The position numbers and the translations under genes were made by a program. DNA of 47,517 nucleotides, from NCBI GenBank assembly GCA_001303695.1, contig LJUC01000076.1, positions 1 to 47,517 on the forward strand, in the 5' to 3' direction. Every line of letters starts with the position of its first letter. Position 1 is the stretch's first letter. The notes under the pieces are model-generated. The model made no database searches, was not told where the DNA came from, and was given only the letters and a program-made list of their open reading frames with translations. Shown in pieces: positions 26,781 through 34,393 of the stretch. The stretch is from Phycisphaerae bacterium SM23_30 (GTDB lineage Bacteria > Planctomycetota > Phycisphaerae > Sedimentisphaerales > SM23-30).

Positions 26781-27221
26781 CTATGCCGCGAAAAGGGCAT
26801 AGGAAACTGTTTTCATTAATTCTTTAACTCGTGCCGAAAACCTCAAGTTGGGTGAAATTCGATGATGCCACAAAACCTGACGCAAGGCCGACAACATATC
26901 CACGAAAGAAGGATGGCGTTTATGCTCATACCATGGCATCACCTCCGGCAACAACGCCGGTTCCTTCAGGGCGCAACGGGCGTACCAGGCTTTCACCAGC
27001 GTTACCAGGATCATGGCCAGCGGCGCCTGCCGATGGACCGTTTTACTGCACCAGCCTTGCGTCGATTCAAATCCCATCGATTGTTTGGCCTCCTCGATGA
27101 CTTCTTCCACGCCCCAGCGATCGTAATAGCGCTGGACAATTTCCGCGTCTGCTACGGTGGCGTCGGTGCAGAAGAAAAAGTCGTCTTTCTCTTTGCCGGC
27201 CGGGTCCCGAACGATCACCAT
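26781..27221 (-). CDS. DDE transposase, C-terminal part (other frame)
   Basis: VIVRDPAGKEKDDFFFCTDATVADAEIVQRYYDRWGVEEVIEEAKQ is the D...Y-x2-RW-x-E catalytic tail. The two frames meet at a C5/G5 homopolymer (27225-27229). Confidence 0.65.
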   Translation of the reverse strand: MVIVRDPAGKEKDDFFFCTDATVADAEIVQRYYDRWGVEEVIEEAKQSMGFESTQGWCSKTVHRQAPLAMILVTLVKAWYARCALKEPALLPEVMPWYEHKRHPSFVDMLSALRQVLWHHRISPNLRFSARVKELMKTVSYALFAA

Positions 27222-28146
27222 GAACCCCCTGGCAGACGTGATACCACAGGCAGGTGATTCCCAAGACCAGGCGTTGCACCGGATAGCCTTGCTTGAAAAC
27301 GGTGATTTTCTCCCAGCCTTTCTTTCGGCGGAGGGCCAGTTTTTGCGGGCAGGGCATCCGTTGGCCTTTTTTGGGGTTGGGATCGCGTTTGCCCTTGGGC
27401 CTTCGTTTGAGTGGCAGGTCGTAAATAGCGGCGTCTCGACGAATTCGACTGACCAGATTCACCCTCTGGGGCAGTTTCTGTACTACCTGGCGCTTGGCAT
27501 ATTGACCATCGGCGCAGGCTCGCCATTGCACCTGGGGCAAGGCCTGAGCGGTTCTTTGAATCATTTCGCCGGCCAACTCCTGACGAGACCGAAAAGCATT
27601 TGGTGTTTTGTAGTCGCCGCGTTTGCGGTACAAGGCAAACACCGCCGGCAGCGCCCAGCGCATGGTCCAGCCGGGCAGCCGCAGGGTGACCGCGCCCACC
27701 AGCCAGTTGTGGGCCCAGTGAATAACCGTGCCCTGATGTGAAGCGGCGCTGGTCGAGGCGTCTTTGAACCAACCGGCATGGGCCAAATGTTTGCCGCATC
27801 GGCCGGCGGTAGTGTCGTCGATATTCAGATCGGCCACGGGGTTGCCGCTGACCGGCTCGCACAGACCCGACTCGAGAATCAGAGGATAGATCACCTGTAT
27901 CAACAAGGCTTCGCTCAATCGGTTCAACGACCAAGCGGCGCGGTAGAAGAATTTTTGATAGACCGTCCAGTGCCGGTCGGTCAGGTCGCCCAGGGTGCGA
28001 AAGATGCCGGTCACGGGCATTTTTCCCCGCTTGAGCACCCAGCCCCAGGCGATTTGCCGCCACGTCCGGGCGGTCGGTTCGGTAAAAATATAGCCCAGTT
28101 GAAGAACCAGGGCGTCCCATGCCGATACCAGAGTAAAAGCATCCAT
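27067..28146 (-). CDS. DDE transposase, N-terminal and central part (frame lost near 27225)
   Basis: 359-aa ORF containing LNIDDTTAGRCGKHLAHAGWFKDAS (first catalytic D region) and VIHWAHNWLV. The last ~60 residues are Arg/Gly-rich out-of-frame read-through. Confidence 0.65.
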   Translation of the reverse strand: MDAFTLVSAWDALVLQLGYIFTEPTARTWRQIAWGWVLKRGKMPVTGIFRTLGDLTDRHWTVYQKFFYRAAWSLNRLSEALLIQVIYPLILESGLCEPVSGNPVADLNIDDTTAGRCGKHLAHAGWFKDASTSAASHQGTVIHWAHNWLVGAVTLRLPGWTMRWALPAVFALYRKRGDYKTPNAFRSRQELAGEMIQRTAQALPQVQWRACADGQYAKRQVVQKLPQRVNLVSRIRRDAAIYDLPLKRRPKGKRDPNPKKGQRMPCPQKLALRRKKGWEKITVFKQGYPVQRLVLGITCLWYHVCQGVHGDRSGPGRQRERRLFLLHRRHRSRRGNCPALLRSLGRGRSHRGGQTIDGI

Positions 28147-28289
28147 GCCGACCTCCTGATAATAAATTATGTGTCTGGTTCCAACACATATATCGGGCTG
28201 TCGGCTTATTTTTTATCACTGGCAAGTTCCTAAAAATGGCTAAAGTTCACTATATATATCCATAATAATTATCCAAGGAGTATATTATT

Positions 28290-28886
28290 ATGAAATCTGA
28301 TATTTTATGGATAAATATTTTAATGATGTTTGTGATTTATAGTTTATTTGGTTGTTCAAATCGAGATAGTTCTGAACAAATAAATGATGAAGAAATTAAT
28401 CACGAAAAATATGAAATGGTTACTGAAAAGTATTTAGTTAATATGTTTAGCTCATTAGAGCCATGGCCATCATCTGGCGCAATTACAGAGAATGGATGGC
28501 AATACTATATCCAAGTTGCTAAAACCGTACAAAAAACTGATCCAGAAGTTGTAAAAGAGTCTTTAGATAATTTTATTTATGCTTCTTTAGAGGAACAAAT
28601 ACTTAATGAAGAAGAATCAAAAATATTTTTATTAATGAGAGTTATTTTCGATCTCCCGGAGGATGCTCCAAAGAGTAAATTGCGTTCTTATAAAGGTTGG
28701 TCTAACTGGCAATTATCTGAACTTCCTAACAACAGGGTCAATTTATCGTGGCCTATAAAGTGGGACGGTCATAAACCAAGATTAATTTCTTACTATGAAG
28801 GATCTATGGGAATACCTTACCAAGCATCTTTAGAGTATGAGTATCTAAAAAAGAATTACAAGTTTAGAGATTTGAATGTTTGGTAG
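28290..28886 (+). CDS. AT-rich lipoprotein of unknown function (possible orphan immunity-type protein)
   Basis: 198 aa with an AAGGAG RBS and a lipobox (IYSLFGCSN). Its base composition is much more AT-rich than the surrounding genes. It lies between an IS end and RHS remnants. Confidence 0.6.
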   Translation: MKSDILWINILMMFVIYSLFGCSNRDSSEQINDEEINHEKYEMVTEKYLVNMFSSLEPWPSSGAITENGWQYYIQVAKTVQKTDPEVVKESLDNFIYASLEEQILNEEESKIFLLMRVIFDLPEDAPKSKLRSYKGWSNWQLSELPNNRVNLSWPIKWDGHKPRLISYYEGSMGIPYQASLEYEYLKKNYKFRDLNVW

Positions 28887-29045
28887 GTTTGAACTTATCC
28901 CGGTGTTGTGGTTCAGCGAAACAAAGGGTTTTAAATATAAGAAATTGGGAAAGACAGGCAAGGAAAAAGTTTTTTATTTTTCGTTATAGGTTGAAGAAAA
29001 AAAGACATTTTACTTTTTTAACCTTTCTATACAAAAAATCCTGAT

Positions 29046-29213
29046 AGCTACTATTCTTACGACAATCTCGACCGGCTGACGGATATTGATTATCACGAGG
29101 GAGGCGATGAGGGATTCGCTTGCGTTAAGCTGGGCAATCGCACAGGTGAGCAGGATTTGCGGGAGGGGACGGAAGATTATAGTATTGATTCGGCGACGGA
29201 TCGAGGTTTATGA
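29046..29213 (+). pseudogene. remnant of an RHS/YD-repeat protein gene
   Basis: The frame reads SYYSYDNLDRLTDIDYHEGGDEGF..TEDYSIDSATD, which is YD-repeat-like (YxYDxxxRLT), with no start codon. A second scrap in another frame at ~29215-29260 reads ..ANTRYYYNKHG. Confidence 0.4.
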
Positions 29214-29369
29214 CGGGGCGGCGGAAGCCAATACCCGTTACTACTACAATAAGCATGGTTGAGCCGGGCTGGAGGCCGGCAGGCGGCGCGATGTTATTGT
29301 TTATTACACCCGTGGTCGGCTCTCAAGAGGGGATTTAAAAGGATCGCGGGGCGATTGCTGTTTTAAATA

Positions 29370-29394
29370 GATTCCTCACTTTGTTCGGAATGAC
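29370..29394 (-). repeat. diverged member of the same repeat family, copy E
   Basis: The reverse complement gtcattccgaacaaagtgaggaatc matches 19 of 25 positions. The T-to-C and A-to-G changes are compensatory for the ATTCY/RGAAT stem. It is followed by a tandem aatgacaa(a)ggggg. Confidence 0.5.
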
Positions 29395-29432
29395 AAAGGG
29401 GGCGTTGGTAATGACAAGGGGGACGGGAGATA

Positions 29433-30530
29433 GTGCTTGCCATGGTTAGGGGTGGGGATTATGATGGGTTGGTTATGGTGAAAGAAAGGTTAATAGATGC
29501 GTCGGTGCAGGCGGTTGAGGAGGCGGGGTACGATTTGACTTTGCGGCCGCGGACGCTGGCGGAGTGCATCGGTCAGGAGAAGGTGATCGAGAAGATAGGG
29601 ATCGCGCTGACGGCGGCGAAGCAGCGGGGTGAGCCGACGGAGCATATTCTGTTACACGGGCCGCCGGGGCTGGGTAAGACGACATTGGCGCACGTGATAG
29701 CGCATGAGATGGGGGCGCACCTGAAGACGAGCAGCGGGCCGGCGCTGACGCGGCCGGGGGATTTGATGGGGATTTTGACGAATTTGCAGCGGGGTGACGT
29801 TTTGTTTATCGATGAGGTTCATCGGCTGGGCGCGGTGGTGGAGGAGTTTATCTATCCGGCGATGGAGGATTTTCGGGTGGATTTTACGGTGGACAGCGGG
29901 ATGCACGCCAAGACGATAAATATACCGCTGCAGCCTTTTACTCTGGTGGGGGCGACGACGCGGGCGGGGTTGATTACGGCGCCTTTGCGGGCGCGGTTTG
30001 GGATACAGCAGCATCTGGAGTTCTGGTCGCAGGGGCATCTGCAGCAGTGTCTGGGTCGTTCGGCGAGGTTGTTGAAGATTAAGTGCGAGGAGGAGGCATT
30101 AGAGCGTTTGAGCTATTGCAGTCGGGGGACGCCGCGGATTGCCAATCGGCTGCTGCGGCGGGTGCGGGATTACGCCCAGGTGCACGGGGACGGGGTGGTG
30201 ACAGCGGCCTTGGCGGAGGCGGCATTAAAGATGGAAGAGATTGATGAGATGGGTCTGGATCAGCTGGACCGATCCTTTTTGAAGACTTTGATTACCACTT
30301 ACAAGGGGGGTCCGGCGGGGATTGAGGCGTTGGCGGCGACCTTGGGGGAGGAGCGGGACACGCTGGAGGACGTGGTGGAGCCGTATCTTTTGCAGATCGG
30401 TTTGGTGGCGCGGACGCGGCAGGGGCGGGTGGCGACGGGAGCGGCGTATGAGCATTTGGGGGCAACGGCGCCGGATAAAAGTAACTACCAAGAAGAAAAG
30501 CCGGGTGAAGAAGAATCGATGTTGTTTTGA
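29433..30530 (+). CDS. ruvB: Holliday junction branch migration helicase RuvB
   Basis: LRPRTLAECIGQEKV, Walker A (GPPGLGKTTLA), Walker B (VLFIDEVHRL), TTRAGLITAPLRARFG and the RGTPRIANRLLRRVRDYA sensor are present. The start is uncertain (GTG 29433 or ATG 29442). No ruvA is adjacent. Confidence 0.9.
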   Translation: MLAMVRGGDYDGLVMVKERLIDASVQAVEEAGYDLTLRPRTLAECIGQEKVIEKIGIALTAAKQRGEPTEHILLHGPPGLGKTTLAHVIAHEMGAHLKTSSGPALTRPGDLMGILTNLQRGDVLFIDEVHRLGAVVEEFIYPAMEDFRVDFTVDSGMHAKTINIPLQPFTLVGATTRAGLITAPLRARFGIQQHLEFWSQGHLQQCLGRSARLLKIKCEEEALERLSYCSRGTPRIANRLLRRVRDYAQVHGDGVVTAALAEAALKMEEIDEMGLDQLDRSFLKTLITTYKGGPAGIEALAATLGEERDTLEDVVEPYLLQIGLVARTRQGRVATGAAYEHLGATAPDKSNYQEEKPGEEESMLF

Positions 30531-30562
30531 AAACAAAGCGGGTAAAAAACTGCAGGTAAATC

Positions 30563-31810
30563 TTATTTAGAGGCAGAGATGGTGTTTTTAGTTTTTCCTG
30601 CGGTGATGAGGAAATATAAATAGTGGAGCAAATTGCGAAATTTGTAGTATCCTTTGCCTTTTTCCGGCGATCTAATTATTACACCCAGTTCGGTCATTCG
30701 CGTTAGGAAGTTATCAAATACCTTTTCTTCCGGTCTGCCGAGGATTTCAATAACTTCTTTTCTTTGAAATTCGAAGCCAAAAGGTTTGGTGGCAACTTTT
30801 TTTAATATAGAGCGATATTTTTTACTTTGGATAGCCTTAAAGACCTGCGGCTCCAGGTGTTTTCGGCCTACAATATCAGCCGCATTAAAAATACCTTTAT
30901 AGGCGTCATCGCCATCGATATAATTATCCTTATCTATATTAAAGACCGCATCGCCGATTTCATGGGCCATTACCGGCAAACCGCCGGCGGCAAAGACCAT
31001 ATTCTCCAAAGCTTTTTGTTCGATATCAACGTTAACCTTGGAAAAAGCTTCGGAAAAAAATTCTTTGGATTCATCATCGCTCCAGGCGGCAATATCAATG
31101 ATGTCAAAGACTCGTGATAAGGACGGCTGTAGTTTAACAAGTGATTGTCGTCTTTCTTCCAGGCCGACCAGGAGCAAGCATAAAGGTATATTTTTATCTG
31201 AGGTGGCAATGGTATCCACCAGGCTTTTAATCCAGTGGGCAAATTCTGCTGAAGAGGCTAGGCCGTTGATGTCATCTAATATTACCAAGAGGCCTTTTTT
31301 CTCTGCGGTTTTTAATTGGTCGGAGATTTTATGTAAAGTAGGAGCGAAATTATTGACCGTGTGGTCCAAGTCTTTTGGGTCGATATCTAATTCTAGGCTC
31401 ACACCAAAAAGCCCCACCCTCTTAACATGATTTTTAAAAGATTGGATAATTTTTTCATGCCAGGCTTTATCGACGCTTTCATTGAGAAGATTATCCAGGA
31501 TTCGTCTAACCATTACCGTCAAGGAAGTAACACCGCCCAGATAATTATGTATTCCGACGAAATGATGATTTCTCTCAGATAATATTTTAACAAAGTAAGC
31601 CAGAGAACTTTTTCCGATACCTCTTTCGCCGCATAAAAAAGCGATTTGTAAGCGGCCGGTTGAAGCGGATATGATCTTTTTTAGTAAAAGATCGATTTGG
31701 GATTTGCGGCCCACAAAAAATTCGATAGGGACGGGATAACCGGGGGTGAATGGGCTATTTTCATGGGTCATAGTTTTCTCCGTATATTCAGATCTATCCG
31801 GCGTGATCAA
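30563..31810 (-). CDS. AAA/STAND-like ATPase (Arch_ATPase/AAA_16-type) with a C-terminal winged-helix-like domain
   Basis: 415 aa containing FVGRKSQIDLL, Walker A (GERGIGKSSLA) and Walker B (LLVILDDINGL). The C-terminal EVIEILGRPEEKVFDNFLTRMTELGVIIR..YYKFRN looks like a wHTH. The gene is markedly AT-rich compared with its flanks. Confidence 0.65.
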   Translation of the reverse strand: MITPDRSEYTEKTMTHENSPFTPGYPVPIEFFVGRKSQIDLLLKKIISASTGRLQIAFLCGERGIGKSSLAYFVKILSERNHHFVGIHNYLGGVTSLTVMVRRILDNLLNESVDKAWHEKIIQSFKNHVKRVGLFGVSLELDIDPKDLDHTVNNFAPTLHKISDQLKTAEKKGLLVILDDINGLASSAEFAHWIKSLVDTIATSDKNIPLCLLLVGLEERRQSLVKLQPSLSRVFDIIDIAAWSDDESKEFFSEAFSKVNVDIEQKALENMVFAAGGLPVMAHEIGDAVFNIDKDNYIDGDDAYKGIFNAADIVGRKHLEPQVFKAIQSKKYRSILKKVATKPFGFEFQRKEVIEILGRPEEKVFDNFLTRMTELGVIIRSPEKGKGYYKFRNLLHYLYFLITAGKTKNTISASK

Positions 31811-31931
31811 AACCGGGTCTAAATTATTTTATCATAAGGGTTTATTTTTTGTTCGCTGAATTATACGCCGTGAACACACTATAACTGAATATAAAGATTT
31901 TTGCAACCATAAATTGCTAATTTGATATGCT

Positions 31932-32150
31932 TTAGTTGAAGAAGCGGTAGCGGAGGATGGTGGCGAAGGCGGCGAGGCCGTCTTTCCAGGTGATTTTTTT
32001 GCCTTCTTCGTAGGTTCTTCCGGAGTAGGAGATGCCGACCTCATAGATGCGCCAGCGGGCTTTGGCGATTTTGGCGGTCATTTCTCGACCACTTCTCGTC
32101 GAAAGATTTTGTAGCAGGTTTCCATGTCGGTGAGGTTGAGATTGGTGCAC
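31932..32150 (-). CDS. C-terminal ~50 aa of the same GT2 gene, in a different frame
   Basis: From ~32084 the frame reads [50 protein letters not shown], a typical GT2 C-terminus. The upstream part of this ORF is out-of-frame overlap. Confidence 0.65.
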   Translation of the reverse strand: MHQSQPHRHGNLLQNLSTRSGREMTAKIAKARWRIYEVGISYSGRTYEEGKKITWKDGLAAFATILRYRFFN

Positions 32151-32611
32151 ATGTTGCTGAGGGTGGTGAGGAACTTGTTGCCGAGGGAGTGCCAGTAGAA
32201 GAGGACGCGTTTTTCCTCGCTGCCGACGAAGCGGGAGCCATAGACTACGTCGGCGCGGCCGTCGAGGATGGGTTTTAAGAGGCGGGGGTAGTCGGCGGGG
32301 TCGTATTCGAGGTCGGCGTCCTGAATGATGACGATGTCGCCGTTGACGTGGGCGAAGCCGTCGCGGAGGGCGGCGCCTTTGCCCTGATTTTTGGGGTGGG
32401 TAACCACATGGATGGGAACGGAGGGGTGTTCGCAGCAGATTTCTTGGATCACTTTATCGCTGCCGTCGGTGCTGGCGTCGTCGATCAGGATTAATTCACG
32501 ATAGAGGGGTAATTTCACCATCAGGACGCGGCGGACACACTCGGCGAGGGTGTCTTTTTCATTATAAACCGGAACGACAATAGACAATTTTTTATCATTG
32601 GGCCGGATCAT
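32078..32611 (-). CDS. family 2 glycosyltransferase (polyprenyl-phosphate hexosyltransferase-like), N-terminal 177 aa; truncated by an internal deletion/frameshift
   Basis: [43 protein letters not shown] and [13 protein letters not shown] are present. The stop falls where homologues continue. Confidence 0.75.
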   Translation of the reverse strand: MIRPNDKKLSIVVPVYNEKDTLAECVRRVLMVKLPLYRELILIDDASTDGSDKVIQEICCEHPSVPIHVVTHPKNQGKGAALRDGFAHVNGDIVIIQDADLEYDPADYPRLLKPILDGRADVVYGSRFVGSEEKRVLFYWHSLGNKFLTTLSNMCTNLNLTDMETCYKIFRREVVEK

Positions 32612-32823
32612 ATCAGCACCTCAAGCATTACTTTTAACGGGATTTTTTCTAAAAGCGCCCTCAGGCAAAGTTTGAGGGGGCGACCCTGTCGGGACCTCGG
32701 TAAATCAGCATGTTATAGGACGATTAACTTTATTTACTTCTGTGTCTATTATTCGGCATGAAAGGGTGGTGAGTTTTGGTTTGTTTATTTTAATCAGGCA
32801 GTTTTTGTGTTAATATACCATTT

Positions 32824-34275
32824 ATGATAGATCGTTTGGAGCGAAGGTGGACCGGTCCGGGGGGTTGCGGGGAGGTGTTGAAGTTGGCGTTTCCGCTGAT
32901 TCTCAGTACTGGGGCGCATACATTACAGATGTTTATTGATCGGATGTTTTTGAATTGGCACATGAGCGAGGAGATGAGTGCGGCGATGCCGGCGGGGATA
33001 ATTGCGTTTACGGTAGTCAGTTTATTTATGGGAACTGTCAGTTATGTGAATACGTTTGTGGCCCAGTACACCGGTGCGGGGCGGCCTGGGCGGGTGGGTC
33101 CGGCGGTGTGGCAGGGGATATTTTTGTCGCTGGGGGGAGCGGTTTTGATTTTGGGGTTGTGGCCGGCGGCGCCGGGTCTTTTTGACTGGATGGGTCACGA
33201 TCCGGAGGTGCGCAGGCATGAGGTGGTCTATTTTCGGGTTATGTGTCTGGGGGCGGCGGGTGTTTTAATATCGAATACGATAGCGGGATTTTTTTCAGGA
33301 CGGGGCAAGACCTGGACGATTCTGTATGTTAATGCCACGGCGACTCTGGTTAATATTGTCCTGGATTATGGTATGATATTCGGTCATTTTGGTTTCGCCG
33401 AATGGGGTATCAAGGGGGCGGGGACGGCGACGGTGATATCGGGGATGGTTTCGGCGACGATTTATATGTGTTTATTTTTACGGGGGAGGTATCGGCGGCG
33501 GTACGCGACGCTTTCGGGGGCGCGGTTTGACGGGGATTTGTTTCGGCGATTGATACGTTATGGTCTGCCGAACGGGATGCAGTTTATGCTGGACGTGGGG
33601 GCGTTTGCGCTGTTTGTGGCGTTGATCGGGCGGATTGACGAAGTTTCGCTGCGGGCGACGAATATGACGTTTCAGATTAATATGCTGGCGTTTATGCCCA
33701 TGATCGGTCTGGGGATCGCGGTATCGATACTGGTGGGCCAATCGTTGGGGAGGAATAAGCCGTCCTTGGCGCAGCGGGCGGTGTGGTCGGCGTTTTATAT
33801 GACGTATGGGTATATGATTTTGGTGGCGTTGGGTTACTGGTTTTTGCCGGGCATATTTTTGGCGCCTTTTTCGGCGGGTGCGGACGCGGTGAAGTTTGCC
33901 GAAGTGGCGCCGTTGGCGGAGAATTTATTGTGTTTTGTGGCGTTTTACTGTCTTTTTGATACGGGCAATATAATTTTTGCGGCGGGGCTGAAGGGGGCGG
34001 GCGATACGCGTTTTGTGATGTATCTGGCGGTGATATTAAGCTGGGTGCTGATGGTGTTGCCGACTTATCTGGCGGTGCGTTACGGATGGGGGGCGGGCAA
34101 CGGGCTTTATGCGGCATGGGCGTTTGTGACGGCATATGTTTGCGTGCTGTCGGTAGCGTTTTGTCTGCGTTTTTTGCACGGCAGGTGGAAGGGCATGCGG
34201 GTGATCGAGGCGGCGCCCGGGGCCGTACCGCCCAAGACGCCCGAGGTGCCTACTATTGAGACCGAGGCTATTTGA
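32824..34275 (+). CDS. MATE family efflux transporter
   Basis: 483 aa with a 12-TM layout and a MATE-like N-terminus (LKLAFPLILSTGAHTLQMFIDRMFL). An internal duplication is visible (LIRYGLPNGMQFMLDVGAFALF). Confidence 0.85.
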   Translation: MIDRLERRWTGPGGCGEVLKLAFPLILSTGAHTLQMFIDRMFLNWHMSEEMSAAMPAGIIAFTVVSLFMGTVSYVNTFVAQYTGAGRPGRVGPAVWQGIFLSLGGAVLILGLWPAAPGLFDWMGHDPEVRRHEVVYFRVMCLGAAGVLISNTIAGFFSGRGKTWTILYVNATATLVNIVLDYGMIFGHFGFAEWGIKGAGTATVISGMVSATIYMCLFLRGRYRRRYATLSGARFDGDLFRRLIRYGLPNGMQFMLDVGAFALFVALIGRIDEVSLRATNMTFQINMLAFMPMIGLGIAVSILVGQSLGRNKPSLAQRAVWSAFYMTYGYMILVALGYWFLPGIFLAPFSAGADAVKFAEVAPLAENLLCFVAFYCLFDTGNIIFAAGLKGAGDTRFVMYLAVILSWVLMVLPTYLAVRYGWGAGNGLYAAWAFVTAYVCVLSVAFCLRFLHGRWKGMRVIEAAPGAVPPKTPEVPTIETEAI

Positions 34276-34393
34276 TATCTACGCTGATGTCATCGGCGAG
34301 GCCTATCGGGCTTGAGGCTGACACACGACGTATTAACATGCCTACGCAAGCGTGGGCATGGCACCGGTTAAGTATAGGCACGGCACCGGTTAT

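Larger units (their letters stand above)
26769..28244 (-). mobile_element. insertion sequence (IS4/IS701-like DDE transposase) with 11-bp terminal inverted repeats; transposase frameshifted
   Basis: tttagccattt (26769-26779) and aaatggctaaa (28234-28244) are perfect inverted repeats flanking a ~1.4-kb transposase. A subterminal 8-bp-stem hairpin (cctatgcc..ggcatagg) lies at 26780-26803. No flanking target duplication is visible. Confidence 0.55.

Noticed and set aside
27221-27232. Programmed -1 ribosomal frameshifting in the IS transposase
   Set aside because: The shift site is a plain C5/G5 run with no recognisable slippery heptamer (A AAA AAG type) and no downstream structure that I can see. 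A mutation or a sequencing error is the simpler explanation. It remains listed as an alternative in the IS finding.
27215-28225. 336-aa minus-strand ORF overlapping the IS transposase
   Set aside because: It is an alternative frame of the transposase gene with an Arg/Pro/Gly-rich nonsense composition. The DDE motifs are in the other frame.
31832-32241. ORFs 31832..32044 and 32041..32241 as separate genes
   Set aside because: They are out-of-frame overlaps of the GT2 gene region with a Pro/Ser/Ala/Thr-rich composition.
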